Part shown: positions 43,376 to 53,502 of the stretch, one piece after another
Numbering within the stretch: position 1 is the first letter of the stretch
Layout: every line of letters starts with the position of its first letter
Assembly (NCBI GenBank): GCA_031426835.1
Contig: JASJPF010000016.1
Location: 24,023 to 88,022, forward strand
Length of the DNA stretch: 64,000 nucleotides
Reading direction: 5' to 3'
DNA from: Thiobacillus sp.
GTDB lineage: Bacteria; Pseudomonadota; Gammaproteobacteria; Burkholderiales; Thiobacillaceae
Position numbers and translations under genes: made by a program
The notes under the pieces: model-generated
What the model was told of the DNA's origin: nothing
Database searches by the model: none
Seen by the model: only the letters and a program-made list of their open reading frames with translations

Positions 43376-44185
43376 TTAGTCGCCCCTTAAAAGACGCTGG
43401 ACTATCCCCGTCTCATCATCTTTAGAGAAAAAGTACGGATAGAGTGAACGCTCTGATTTGGCAGCATTGGCATCTGTTTTCCCACCCCATATAGCTATTT
43501 GTTGATCGACGTAATCGATTTTCAGCCGCAACAGTACGCCCATAGTATGGACACGGGTATTGAGGCGTTCCTCACCAAACGGCTCAAATCCAAGCATGCG
43601 CTTGTAGAAAAGAGCGTGCCTGGGAGTGACTTCTATCACCACATCCGTCTGATTATGCAGGACGCGCCCATAGATATAAGCAATATGGAAAAGACCCGCA
43701 AGGACGCGCTTCGACCCGCGTACTTGATCTACCGCAAATTTTGTTAATTCGCAGATCTTGCATCCCTCATCCCTGAGTTGATCAACTTCTTTTTTGTAGT
43801 TTTCATCGGCCATCAGCCGATTGCCCGAATCAATTCCGAGGGTCAAGGTCCCGACAACAGCCTCGTTCTGCGAGGCCATCAACGTAATCCGGTCTGGCAC
43901 TTTTAGCATGCCCGGCACATCATAACCACGCTTCATGTACATGCGCTGGATCAACATGCTGGCATTGTTGACGCGCTCCTGTGAGTGCGCCAGTCGAATT
44001 TTGAAATTTTGTTCTTCTATGGACTCAGGCTGCGGTTGACGATCCTCGTCACCCGGAATCATGACCAGATCTTTAAGGGTGTAGGGCGACACGGCAATAA
44101 TCGTGTTGTCCCATTCATCTGGGGTTTTTCGCCAGTTTCTAGAACCAAAAGGGAACTTACGCTTTTCTGACATTTTTCCTGTCAT
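43376..44185 (-). CDS. FeeM/OlsB-like N-acyl amino acid synthase family (PEP-CTERM/exosortase system-associated acyltransferase type)
   Basis: 269 aa. FKIRLAHSQERVNNASMLIQRMYMKRGY, ICELTKFAV, GLFHIAYIYG. The family assignment is from memory of the TIGRFAMs exosortase-associated acyltransferase model. Confidence 0.75.
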   Translation of the reverse strand: MTGKMSEKRKFPFGSRNWRKTPDEWDNTIIAVSPYTLKDLVMIPGDEDRQPQPESIEEQNFKIRLAHSQERVNNASMLIQRMYMKRGYDVPGMLKVPDRITLMASQNEAVVGTLTLGIDSGNRLMADENYKKEVDQLRDEGCKICELTKFAVDQVRGSKRVLAGLFHIAYIYGRVLHNQTDVVIEVTPRHALFYKRMLGFEPFGEERLNTRVHTMGVLLRLKIDYVDQQIAIWGGKTDANAAKSERSLYPYFFSKDDETGIVQRLLRGD

Positions 44186-44285
44186 AACTTGGTCTGTTAA
44201 ATCCGAGCAAGCTATCTACCTGAGTATTCAATTGTGTACGCCTGTTATACGGAGAAAATGGGCGGAAACTTAATCGGAGCTTGAT

Positions 44286-45347
<1,062 letters not shown>

Positions 45348-45401
45348 TCAATGAAGCAAGACGGTCTTGTATCGTCTTCCCGCTTCTCCTCCCTGAGCGG
45401 G

Positions 45402-45465
45402 ATGCCTTAATCCCCTTAAGGCATTTTTCAGCCCCGGCCCTTCCCTTGGTCGGGGCTTTTTGTTT
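45402..45465 (+). terminator. Two tandem plus-strand intrinsic-terminator-like hairpins with no annotated plus-strand gene upstream
   Basis: ATGCCTTAA-tcccc-TTAAGGCAT-TTTT (45402-45428) and AGCCCCG-N14-CGGGGCT-TTTTGTTT (45430-45465). Confidence 0.4.
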
Positions 45466-45510
45466 GCGCGCCGCACGAATGAGAATGGGCTTACCTATAA
45501 GGGTCGTCGA

Positions 45511-46140
45511 CTATTCTTCGGCCGGCAGCGTGTCGCTTTGCTGCGCCTTCAACAGCCAGGCTTCGATCAAGGCGGCGGCATCTTCGGCACCCAGGCGGGA
45601 CAGGCTGGAAAATAACTGGACGGTGACGCCATCCAGCGCAGCGAGTTCCTGCTTGACGCGGCGCAGGGTCAGTACTTTCTCGCTATTGGACAGTTTGTCG
45701 GCCTTGGACAGCAGGATATGTACCGGCTTGCCGGTAGGGGTAAACCAGGCAAGCATCTGCTTGTCCAGCGGGGTCAGCGGATGGCGCGCGTCCATGATCA
45801 GCACCATCCCGACCAGCGCATCACGTTCCTGAAGATAGCGCGACAGCAGATTTTCCCATTTGGCCTTCACCGCCGGCGGCACTTTCGCGTACCCATAACC
45901 CGGCAGATCGACCAGATAGATGTCGGTATCCAACTCAAAAAAGTTGATTAATTGGGTCCGACCCGGTGTTTTGGAGGTATAAGCTAACCGATTAATGCGT
46001 GTCAGCAAATTGATTGCGCTCGATTTCCCGGCGTTGGATCTCCCGGCAAACGCAACTTCGGCGCGGCTATAGGGCAAATCGCGCAGTTGGGCGACCGAGG
46101 TATGGAAGTGGGCGCGATTGAGCACGGGCTTGGCAGTCAT
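45511..46140 (-). CDS. engB: Ribosome-biogenesis GTPase EngB/YihA
   Basis: [15 protein letters not shown] (G1), DLPGYGY (G3), LSKADK (G4). Start at ATG 46140; the 385-aa track ORF is an upstream over-extension. Confidence 0.93.
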   Translation of the reverse strand: MTAKPVLNRAHFHTSVAQLRDLPYSRAEVAFAGRSNAGKSSAINLLTRINRLAYTSKTPGRTQLINFFELDTDIYLVDLPGYGYAKVPPAVKAKWENLLSRYLQERDALVGMVLIMDARHPLTPLDKQMLAWFTPTGKPVHILLSKADKLSNSEKVLTLRRVKQELAALDGVTVQLFSSLSRLGAEDAAALIEAWLLKAQQSDTLPAEE

Positions 46141-46194
46141 ATTAGTTACCGCTAAACTACCCGTTTTCCCAAGTTTTGCAAGCTTCAGGAGCAT

Positions 46195-46812
46195 TTGATG
46201 AAACTCGTCGTCTCTATGGTTGCCGTATTGGCCGCCACTTCCGCTTTCGCCGCCCCATCCGCCAGCAAAGGCGATCCCAAGGCAGCTGAAAGCATTGTCA
46301 ACCAGATGTGTGCCGCATGTCATGCAGTGGACGGCAACAGCGCTGCTGCCGCCAATCCCAAGCTGGCTGGCCTCAATGTTGAATACATCAACAAGCAGCT
46401 CGTCGATTTCAAATCGGGTGAGCGCAAGAATGCGGTGATGGGTGGCATTTCCGCCGGCCTCAGCCCGCAGGACATGCTGAACCTGGCCGCGTACTACAGC
46501 GCCCAGCAGCCCAAACCCGGCACCTCCAAGGATCAGGAACTGGCGCTGCACGGTCAGAAAATCTATCGCGGCGGCGTGTTGGGTGCGGGCGTGCCGGCCT
46601 GCGCTTCCTGTCACGGTGCGCAAGGGTTGGGCATTCCCGCCCAGTTCCCGCGTCTGGCCGGGCAGCACGGCGACTACATCTACGCCCAGCTGAACGAGTT
46701 CCGCCTCGGCACGCGTTCAAATGATGGCGCCAAGATGATGCGCACCATCGCCGCCAAGATGACGGATGCGGATATGAAAGCCGTGGCGTCATATATTCAA
46801 GGCTTGCGGTAG
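46195..46812 (+). CDS. Diheme cytochrome c4
   Basis: Signal peptide plus two CxxCH motifs (CAACH, CASCH). Confidence 0.9.
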   Translation: MMKLVVSMVAVLAATSAFAAPSASKGDPKAAESIVNQMCAACHAVDGNSAAAANPKLAGLNVEYINKQLVDFKSGERKNAVMGGISAGLSPQDMLNLAAYYSAQQPKPGTSKDQELALHGQKIYRGGVLGAGVPACASCHGAQGLGIPAQFPRLAGQHGDYIYAQLNEFRLGTRSNDGAKMMRTIAAKMTDADMKAVASYIQGLR

Positions 46813-46981
46813 AGCGTGGATGTTGCCGATTTATCGGCTTTAGTGCATGAATGTTGCTGCTTTAGCAGCTTTACAGTCATGGCCTGCCCCTTGCGGGGAC
46901 ATCCACGGCCTGCCCCTTGCGGGTAGAGCGTGGAGTTGACGCTTTAGCGGCTTTACATCCACGGCCTGCCCCTTGCGGGTA
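46808..46981 (+). repeat. Mosaic of short direct repeats and mini-hairpins (REP/BIME-like) between cytochrome c4 and resB
   Basis: 27-nt perfect repeat ACATCCACGGCCTGCCCCTTGCGGGTA at 46899-46925 and 46955-46981, with a third partial copy at 46881-46898. GGTAGAGCGTGGA at 46808 and 46922. Three 22-nt hairpin units at 46822, 46853 and 46935. Confidence 0.65.
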
Positions 46982-47008
46982 AACTTATCGGCCGCACCTG
47001 AGTCGATG

Positions 47009-47040
47009 GAAGGGTGGCGTGAGTCACCCTTCTTTATTTT
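47009..47040 (+). terminator. Rho-independent terminator downstream of cytochrome c4
   Basis: GAAGGGTG-gcgtgagt-CACCCTTC-TTTATTTT. Confidence 0.7.
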
Positions 47041-47067
47041 GTGCCCGTCAAGGGTATTGCCGCCACT

Positions 47068-49080
47068 ATGAATACTGCCTCCCACTCCTTTGGTAAATCC
47101 GTATTCGAACTGATGAGTTCGATGCGCTTTGCCATCAGTCTGCTGTCCATATTGGCGGTCGCCTCAATTATCGGCACGGTGCTGAAACAGGCCGAGCCCT
47201 ACAACAACTACCTCATCCAGCTCGGCCCATTCTGGTTCGAAGTGTATGAAAAACTGGGGTTGTACGACGTCTACCAGGCCTCCTGGTTTCTGCTCATTCT
47301 GGCTTTCCTTATTGTCTCCGTCAGCGTCTGCATTACCCGCAACGCACCGAACTTTGCGCGCGAGATGAAAAGCTTTCGCGAGCACGTCACCGAACAGTCG
47401 CTTAACGCGTTCAAGCACAAGCACGAAGCAGCCACCGCGCACCCGCCTGAGGCGCTCGCCGCCAGCGCACAACGCTATCTGGAGGGTCAGGGCTACAAGG
47501 TAAAAAACCTGCCGCGCGAGGGCGGGGTGTTGCTGGCTGCCAAGGCCGGCAGCTGGAACCGTCTCGGTTATTTTCTGGCGCACTCGTCCATCGTGATGAT
47601 CTTGGTCGGCGGCCTGATGGATGGCAATCTGATATTCAAGGTCCAGCAAGTGTTGGGCTACAAGAAAATCGAAACGCGCGACATTCCGCAAAGCCAGGTG
47701 CCTGCCATTTCACGCCTGACGCCATCCAACCCCTCGTTTCGCGGCAGCGTACAGATCCCCGAGGGCTCCAGCGCGGACGTCGCTTTTCTGAATGTGGCCG
47801 ACGGCTATCTGGTGCAGGAACTGCCCTTCACCGTGGGGCTGAAACAGTTCCGCATCGAGCATTACACGACCGGTCAGCCCAAAAGCTTTGAAAGCGACCT
47901 CGAACTGTTCGACCACGCCGGCAACAAAATCCGCGAAGCGACAATCGCCGTCAACTACCCGCTGATCCACGACGGCGTCGCGATTTACCAGGCCAGTTTT
48001 GCCGATGGTGGCACCCGCCTTTCCCTGCGCGGCTGGAACCTGTTTTCGCCCACAGCCGAATATTTCGATGTATCCGGAACGGTGCACCAGAACACGGCAT
48101 TAGCCAGCGCGGCCGGCGACTACACGGTCGAGTTCAATGATTTCCGTCCATTCAACATTGAAAACATGGGCGGCGAAATACAGGCGGCAGGCGACACCAT
48201 GAGTGTGCTCGGTGGCAGCCCGGTCAGCGATAACAAGCATCTGCGCAATGTCGGCCCGAGTTTCCAGTACAAGCTGCGCGATGCGCGCGGGCAAGCGCTG
48301 GAATTCAGCAATTACATGCTGCCGCTGGAGCTGGACGGCCGCTGGTATTTGATGTCAGGGGTACGCGAATCGCCGAACGATGCCTTCCGCTATATGCGTA
48401 TGCCGCTTGATGCCGGGGGAGACATCGACAGCTTCATGCGGCTGCGCGGCGCCTTGCTGAACCCGGAATTGCGTCCCGAAATCGCTGCCCGCTTTGCCCG
48501 TCAGGCGCTACCACAAAATGCCTGGAATACCGAAATCGAGGACAAGCTGAAGTTCAGCGCCACCCAGGTGCTGGCGTTGTTTGCCGAAGGCGGATTTCAG
48601 TCATTGGGCAAGTTCATCGAGGAAAAAGTCCCTGCTACCGAGGGTGAAAAAGCGGCCGGCACCTATCTGCGCATTCTGGAACTGGCCGCGTTCGAGGCGT
48701 TGCAAATCGCCAACCGGCAGAACGGATTACCCCCCCCCAAGGCCGACGACGTCACCGGCTGGCTGGTGCGCGACACCCTCAACAGCGTGAGCGACATGTT
48801 CGTTTATGGCGCGCCGATCTACCTGCAACTGGCCCAGTACGACGAGGTCAAGGCCAGCGGCCTGCAGCTCACCCGCTCGCCCGGCAAGAACGTGGTCTAT
48901 TTCGGTTCGCTTTTGCTGACGCTCGGCGTATTCTTCATGCTCTATGTGCGCGAGCGTCGGGTCTGGTTACGCATCAAACCAGGCCACGCGCTGCTGGCGA
49001 TGTCATCCGCCAAGCACACCATTGATTTCGAGAAAGAATTTTCACGACACTCGCAGGCGCTGGACACGCTCGCAAAATAA
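47068..49080 (+). CDS. resB: System II cytochrome c biogenesis protein ResB/Ccs1
   Basis: MNTASHSFGKSVFELMSSMRFAISLL N-terminus, large periplasmic domain, C-terminal TM. Followed by ccsA. Confidence 0.9.
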   Translation: MNTASHSFGKSVFELMSSMRFAISLLSILAVASIIGTVLKQAEPYNNYLIQLGPFWFEVYEKLGLYDVYQASWFLLILAFLIVSVSVCITRNAPNFAREMKSFREHVTEQSLNAFKHKHEAATAHPPEALAASAQRYLEGQGYKVKNLPREGGVLLAAKAGSWNRLGYFLAHSSIVMILVGGLMDGNLIFKVQQVLGYKKIETRDIPQSQVPAISRLTPSNPSFRGSVQIPEGSSADVAFLNVADGYLVQELPFTVGLKQFRIEHYTTGQPKSFESDLELFDHAGNKIREATIAVNYPLIHDGVAIYQASFADGGTRLSLRGWNLFSPTAEYFDVSGTVHQNTALASAAGDYTVEFNDFRPFNIENMGGEIQAAGDTMSVLGGSPVSDNKHLRNVGPSFQYKLRDARGQALEFSNYMLPLELDGRWYLMSGVRESPNDAFRYMRMPLDAGGDIDSFMRLRGALLNPELRPEIAARFARQALPQNAWNTEIEDKLKFSATQVLALFAEGGFQSLGKFIEEKVPATEGEKAAGTYLRILELAAFEALQIANRQNGLPPPKADDVTGWLVRDTLNSVSDMFVYGAPIYLQLAQYDEVKASGLQLTRSPGKNVVYFGSLLLTLGVFFMLYVRERRVWLRIKPGHALLAMSSAKHTIDFEKEFSRHSQALDTLAK

Positions 49081-49117
49081 CCGTCCACGCCCGTCACAAC
49101 AACCCGGAGAGAGCATC

Positions 49118-50257
49118 ATGGAACTCGCACTAAATCAACCTGCCCCGTTACTGAAACGCCTGTCGTGGTTTGACTGGCTGTTTGCCGCCATTGTTGCTGC
49201 CGGCGGGCTTTATACCCTGTCGCGTTTTGGCGAGTACATGGATATCTATGAAAAAGGCATCCTGCTCACAGCCATTCCTGCCATTTCGGTATTCGGCTGG
49301 TTCTGGAAGCCTTTTCGTGTGCTGTTTATCGTGGTCGGCGCGATCAGCCTGTTTTCGATCAGCCAGTACCAGGGCAACCTGGCACGCATGGAAGAGGCCT
49401 TCTTCCTCAAATACCTGATCTCCAGCCAGGCCGCCATCATGTGGATGTGTGCGCTGTTCGGGTTCGCCACGCTGAGCTACTGGGCAGGCTTGCTGTCCCG
49501 ATCCGAGTTCACGCTCAAAACCGCCAGCGTACTAACCTGGTCCGCTGTCGCCATGGGATTCATCGGCCTGATGGTGCGCTGGTACGAGTCCTACCTCATC
49601 GGCACCGACGTCGGCCATATCCCGGTGTCCAATCTGTACGAGGTGTTCGTCCTGTTCGCCCTCATCACCGCGATGATGTGTCTGTATTACGAAGCCCGCT
49701 ACCAGACCCGCCAGATGGGCGCCTTCGTGCTGCTGATCATTTCGGCCGCAGTCGGCTTCATCCTGTGGTACACCTTCGACCGCGGCGCGCACGAAATCCA
49801 GCCGCTGGTGCCCGCGCTCAAATCCTGGTGGATGAAAATCCACGTACCGGCCAACTTCATCGGCTACGGCGGCTTCTCCATCGCCGCCATGCTCGGCGTC
49901 GCCTATCTGCTGGCTCAGCGCGGCATCCTCGCCAGCCGCCTGCCCAAGCTGGAAGTGATCGACGATGTCATGTACAAGTCGATCGCGATCGGTTTTGCCT
50001 TCTTCACCATCGCGACCATACTCGGTGCGATGTGGGCCGCCGAAGCCTGGGGCGGCTACTGGTCGTGGGATCCGAAGGAAACCTGGGCGCTGATCGTGTG
50101 GCTGAACTACGCTGCCTGGCTGCATATCCGTCTGGTCAAGGGCCTGCGCGGGCCGATGCTGGCATGGTGGGCGGTGGTCGGCCTGTTCATCACCACATTC
50201 GCTTTCATCGGCGTCAACATGTTCCTGTCCGGATTACACTCCTACGGCACCCTATAA
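49118..50257 (+). CDS. ccsA: System II cytochrome c biogenesis protein CcsA/ResC
   Basis: WAAEAWGGYWSWDPKETWA (WWD heme-handling motif). ATG at 49118 is preceded by GGAGAG. Confidence 0.92.
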   Translation: MELALNQPAPLLKRLSWFDWLFAAIVAAGGLYTLSRFGEYMDIYEKGILLTAIPAISVFGWFWKPFRVLFIVVGAISLFSISQYQGNLARMEEAFFLKYLISSQAAIMWMCALFGFATLSYWAGLLSRSEFTLKTASVLTWSAVAMGFIGLMVRWYESYLIGTDVGHIPVSNLYEVFVLFALITAMMCLYYEARYQTRQMGAFVLLIISAAVGFILWYTFDRGAHEIQPLVPALKSWWMKIHVPANFIGYGGFSIAAMLGVAYLLAQRGILASRLPKLEVIDDVMYKSIAIGFAFFTIATILGAMWAAEAWGGYWSWDPKETWALIVWLNYAAWLHIRLVKGLRGPMLAWWAVVGLFITTFAFIGVNMFLSGLHSYGTL

Positions 50258-50399
50258 ACCGCGCACCCTGCCGGAAAAGTGCGGCCCCTTCGTCCAGATG
50301 GCACAAAGCGGATGATGAACCCGGGAGTTGCACGCACACGCCACGATAGCTGAGCCGGCAACGCCCCCATCCGCACAACCAGGAACGCCTGAAGCACCA

Positions 50400-50425
50400 A
50401 TATCGCCCCGCGCGCGGGGCGATAT
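50400..50425. repeat. 26-nt perfect palindrome
   Basis: ATATCGCCCCGCG|CGCGGGGCGATAT, between ccsA and the tlpA-like gene. No U-tract follows. Confidence 0.6.
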
Positions 50426-50445
50426 GCTGTGCGGCGAACACGCCC

Positions 50446-50973
50446 ATGCAAAAAAAATGGCTTTATTTCATCCCCCTGGCGCTGGCCGCATTAGTGGCGG
50501 GTGTCTGGCTGGCGCAGACGCGTTATGCGCCGCAGACACCCGAGGCACCCGCCGTCGCTGCGCTATGGAAACTGAGTTTTCCTGACGTGCAGGGGCAGCC
50601 CCAGTCGCTTGCACAATGGCGCGGCCAAATCGTGGTATTGAATTTCTGGGCCAGCTGGTGCGCGCCCTGCCGCGAGGAAATGCCGGACTTTGTGGCATTG
50701 CGCGAGCAGCATCACCAAAAAGGTGTGGAGTTTGTCGGCATCGCCATTGATAATGTGGCTAACGTCGCTCAATTTCTGCAAAAACAACCTGTCAACTACC
50801 CGATCCTGATTGGCGAAGGCGCTGCCCACAGCCTTACCCGTCAACTCGGCAATCCGAGTGGTGCGCTACCCTACACCATAGTGTTCGACCGTCACGGCAA
50901 CATCGTTTTAACGCATTTAGGCCGGCTGCCCCATGCCACGCTGGAAACCGCATTGCGCAAATTGGGCGCTTAA
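50446..50973 (+). CDS. TlpA/ResA-like periplasmic thiol:disulfide oxidoreductase
   Basis: Signal anchor plus [14 protein letters not shown] thioredoxin motif. Lies downstream of resB-ccsA. Confidence 0.87.
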   Translation: MQKKWLYFIPLALAALVAGVWLAQTRYAPQTPEAPAVAALWKLSFPDVQGQPQSLAQWRGQIVVLNFWASWCAPCREEMPDFVALREQHHQKGVEFVGIAIDNVANVAQFLQKQPVNYPILIGEGAAHSLTRQLGNPSGALPYTIVFDRHGNIVLTHLGRLPHATLETALRKLGA

Positions 50974-51048
50974 GCAAAATAGACTCATAGTTGTGATTTA
51001 GCGTCAATATCTAGACAATTACCCCCCATTTACGGCAGACTTGCGGAC

Positions 51049-51579
51049 ATGACGACTAAACGAACCGGCCGCGCCGCGGCCAAATCGGCCCACAGTCTGC
51101 GCCCCCATGTTCTGGTTTTGCATGGCCCCAATCTGAATTTATTGGGCAGCCGCGAACCGCAACACTACGGCGTTGCCACCCTCGACGACATCAATCAGGA
51201 TTTGGTGGGTCGCGGGGAAGCGGCAGGCGCACTCGTCGAAACCTTTCAGCACAATCACGAAGGCGCCTTGATCGAACGCATCCACCAGGCCGCGCGCGAT
51301 CACGCCGACTTCATCATCATCAACCCGGCGGGTTACACGCACACCAGCGTTGCCATGCGAGACGCGCTGGCTGCCACCGCCATCCCTTTTGTTGAGATTC
51401 ATCTTTCAAACATTTACGCGCGCGAATCTTTCCGCCACCACTCGTATTTTTCCGACCTGGCGGTCGGCGTGGTGTCCGGACTGGGCGCGCAAGGCTACGA
51501 ACTGGCGCTGGAATATGCCCTGCGCCACATCCAAAACAGGACCTCCCATGGATCTCAGAAAACTGAAAAAGCTCATTGA
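51049..51579 (+). CDS. aroQ: Type II 3-dehydroquinate dehydratase
   Basis: [46 protein letters not shown]. The 3' end overlaps accB by 32 nt. Confidence 0.93.
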   Translation: MTTKRTGRAAAKSAHSLRPHVLVLHGPNLNLLGSREPQHYGVATLDDINQDLVGRGEAAGALVETFQHNHEGALIERIHQAARDHADFIIINPAGYTHTSVAMRDALAATAIPFVEIHLSNIYARESFRHHSYFSDLAVGVVSGLGAQGYELALEYALRHIQNRTSHGSQKTEKAH

Positions 51580-51994
51580 TTTGGTTGAAGCCTCGGGCAT
51601 TGCCGAGCTGGAAATCACCGAGGGTGAAGAAAAAGTCCGCATTGCCAAGAGCATTGCCGGCGCGCCGATGATGATGTCGCACGCGCCGCAGATGATGCAC
51701 GCGCCGGCACCTGTTGCCGCGCCGGTAGTTGCAGCGCCGGCAGAAGACGCCATCCCCGAAGGCCACGTTGTACGCTCGCCCATGGTCGGCACTTTTTATC
51801 GCGCACCCGCCCCCGGCTCCAAGAACTTTGCCGAAGTCGGTCAAAGCGTGAACGCGGGCGACACGATATGCATCATCGAAGCGATGAAGCTATTGAACGA
51901 AATCGAAACCGATCAAGGGGGCGTCATCAAGGCCATCCTGGTTGAAAACGGCCAGCCGGTGGAATACGGCGAGCCGCTGTTTGTCATTGCTTAA
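51548..51994 (+). CDS. accB: Acetyl-CoA carboxylase biotin carboxyl carrier protein
   Basis: [22 protein letters not shown], an Ala/Pro linker, and the biotinylation motif [12 protein letters not shown]. Confidence 0.95.
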   Translation: MDLRKLKKLIDLVEASGIAELEITEGEEKVRIAKSIAGAPMMMSHAPQMMHAPAPVAAPVVAAPAEDAIPEGHVVRSPMVGTFYRAPAPGSKNFAEVGQSVNAGDTICIIEAMKLLNEIETDQGGVIKAILVENGQPVEYGEPLFVIA

Positions 51995-52089
51995 TTAAGG
52001 GGCCAGGCGTTAGCGACCCGGCGTTAGATGGATTGATTCAGCGCATGCTGACCTCCCCCTAACCCTGCGTTTCTAGCCTCCACAAACAC

Positions 52090-53439
52090 ATGTTCGAAAA
52101 AATACTCATCGCCAACCGGGGTGAAATTGCCCTGCGCATCCAGCGCGCCTGCCGCGAAATGGGCATCAAGACGGTCGCCGTGTATTCGGAAGCGGACCGG
52201 GATGCCAAATACGTGAAACTGGCCGACGAATCCGTCTGCATCGGCCCGGCTTCGTCGACCCATAGCTATCTGCATGTGCCATCGATCATCGCTGCCGCCG
52301 AAGTCACCGATGCCGCTGCGATCCATCCCGGTTATGGCTTTCTGTCGGAGAACGCCAACTTTGCCGAACGGGTCGAGTCCTCCGGCTTCGCCTTCATTGG
52401 CCCGCGCCCCGACAACATTCGCCTGATGGGCGACAAGGTTGCCGCCAAGCAGGCCATGCTCGAAGCCAAGGTGCCGTGCGTGCCCGGTTCCGATGGCGCC
52501 CTGTCGGACGATGCCGATGAAATCATCAAAACTGCCGCCCGCGTCGGTTATCCGGTGATCATCAAGGCCGCAGGCGGCGGCGGCGGACGTGGCATGCGCG
52601 TGGTGCACACCGAAGCCGCGCTGTTGAACGCCGTTTCCATGACCAGGACCGAAGCCGGGACGGTGTTCGGCAATCCCATGGTCTACATGGAAAAATTCCT
52701 GCAGACGCCGCGCCATATCGAGATCCAGATTCTGGCCGACGAGCACGGTAACGCCGTCCATCTGGGCGAGCGCGACTGCTCGGTGCAGCGCCGCCACCAG
52801 AAAGTACTGGAAGAAGCCCCGGCCCCCGGTCTCAGCACCAAGCTGCGCGACAAGATCGGCGAACGTTGCGCCGAAGCCTGCCGCAAGATCGGTTACCGCG
52901 GCGCCGGCACCTTCGAATTCCTCTACGAAAACGGCGAGTTCTACTTCATCGAAATGAACACGCGGGTGCAGGTCGAACACCCGGTGACCGAACTCATCAC
53001 CGGCATCGACATCGTGCAGACGCAAATCCGCGTCGCCGCGGGCGAAAAGCTGCCATGGAAACAAAAGGACATTCAGTTTCGCGGCCACGCCATCGAGTGC
53101 CGCATCAATGCCGAACACCCGACGACCTTTGTGCCCAGTCCCGGCAAGCTCACCAATTACCATGCGCCCGGCGGACCTGGCATTCGTGTCGACTCGCACG
53201 TCTACCACGGCTATTACGTATCGCCGCACTACGACTCGATGATCGGCAAGGTGATTGCCTATGGCGATACGCGCGACCAGGCCATCGCCCGCATGCGTGG
53301 TGCGCTGATGGAAATGGTGGTCGAAGGCATCCAGAGCAACATTTCCTTGCATCAGGACCTGTTGCACGACGCTGCCTTTATTGCCGGCGGCACCAATATT
53401 CATTATCTGGAACACAAGCTGGCTGGGGACAAGGGCTAG
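52090..53439 (+). CDS. accC: Acetyl-CoA carboxylase biotin carboxylase
   Basis: [41 protein letters not shown]. Confidence 0.97.
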   Translation: MFEKILIANRGEIALRIQRACREMGIKTVAVYSEADRDAKYVKLADESVCIGPASSTHSYLHVPSIIAAAEVTDAAAIHPGYGFLSENANFAERVESSGFAFIGPRPDNIRLMGDKVAAKQAMLEAKVPCVPGSDGALSDDADEIIKTAARVGYPVIIKAAGGGGGRGMRVVHTEAALLNAVSMTRTEAGTVFGNPMVYMEKFLQTPRHIEIQILADEHGNAVHLGERDCSVQRRHQKVLEEAPAPGLSTKLRDKIGERCAEACRKIGYRGAGTFEFLYENGEFYFIEMNTRVQVEHPVTELITGIDIVQTQIRVAAGEKLPWKQKDIQFRGHAIECRINAEHPTTFVPSPGKLTNYHAPGGPGIRVDSHVYHGYYVSPHYDSMIGKVIAYGDTRDQAIARMRGALMEMVVEGIQSNISLHQDLLHDAAFIAGGTNIHYLEHKLAGDKG

Positions 53440-53502
53440 TTCAGCCCGGTTCAAACGACGAGGCGCTTGCTGCAGTCGTCCAACCCCCACCGCTCATACA
53501 TC

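Noticed and set aside
46141-46668. N-terminal 176-aa extension of the engB ORF (track ORF 45511-46668), which overlaps the cytochrome c4 gene on the other strand.
   Set aside because: The extension is low-complexity (Gly/Ala/Arg). The canonical EngB N-terminus starts at ATG 46140, and the cytochrome c4 gene with signal peptide and two CxxCH motifs occupies this DNA.
46808-46981. Possibility that the repeats between cytochrome c4 and resB are a small CRISPR array.
   Set aside because: There are only 2-3 copies, the spacing is irregular (26 and 56 nt), the repeats differ in type, there are no cas genes, and the units are interleaved rather than repeat-spacer ordered.
48944-49117. Upstream extension of ccsA (track ORF start 48944) overlapping the resB 3' end.
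   Set aside because: The extension is Arg/Ser/Pro-rich with no TM. ATG 49118 has a GGAGAG Shine-Dalgarno and gives the expected hydrophobic N-terminus.
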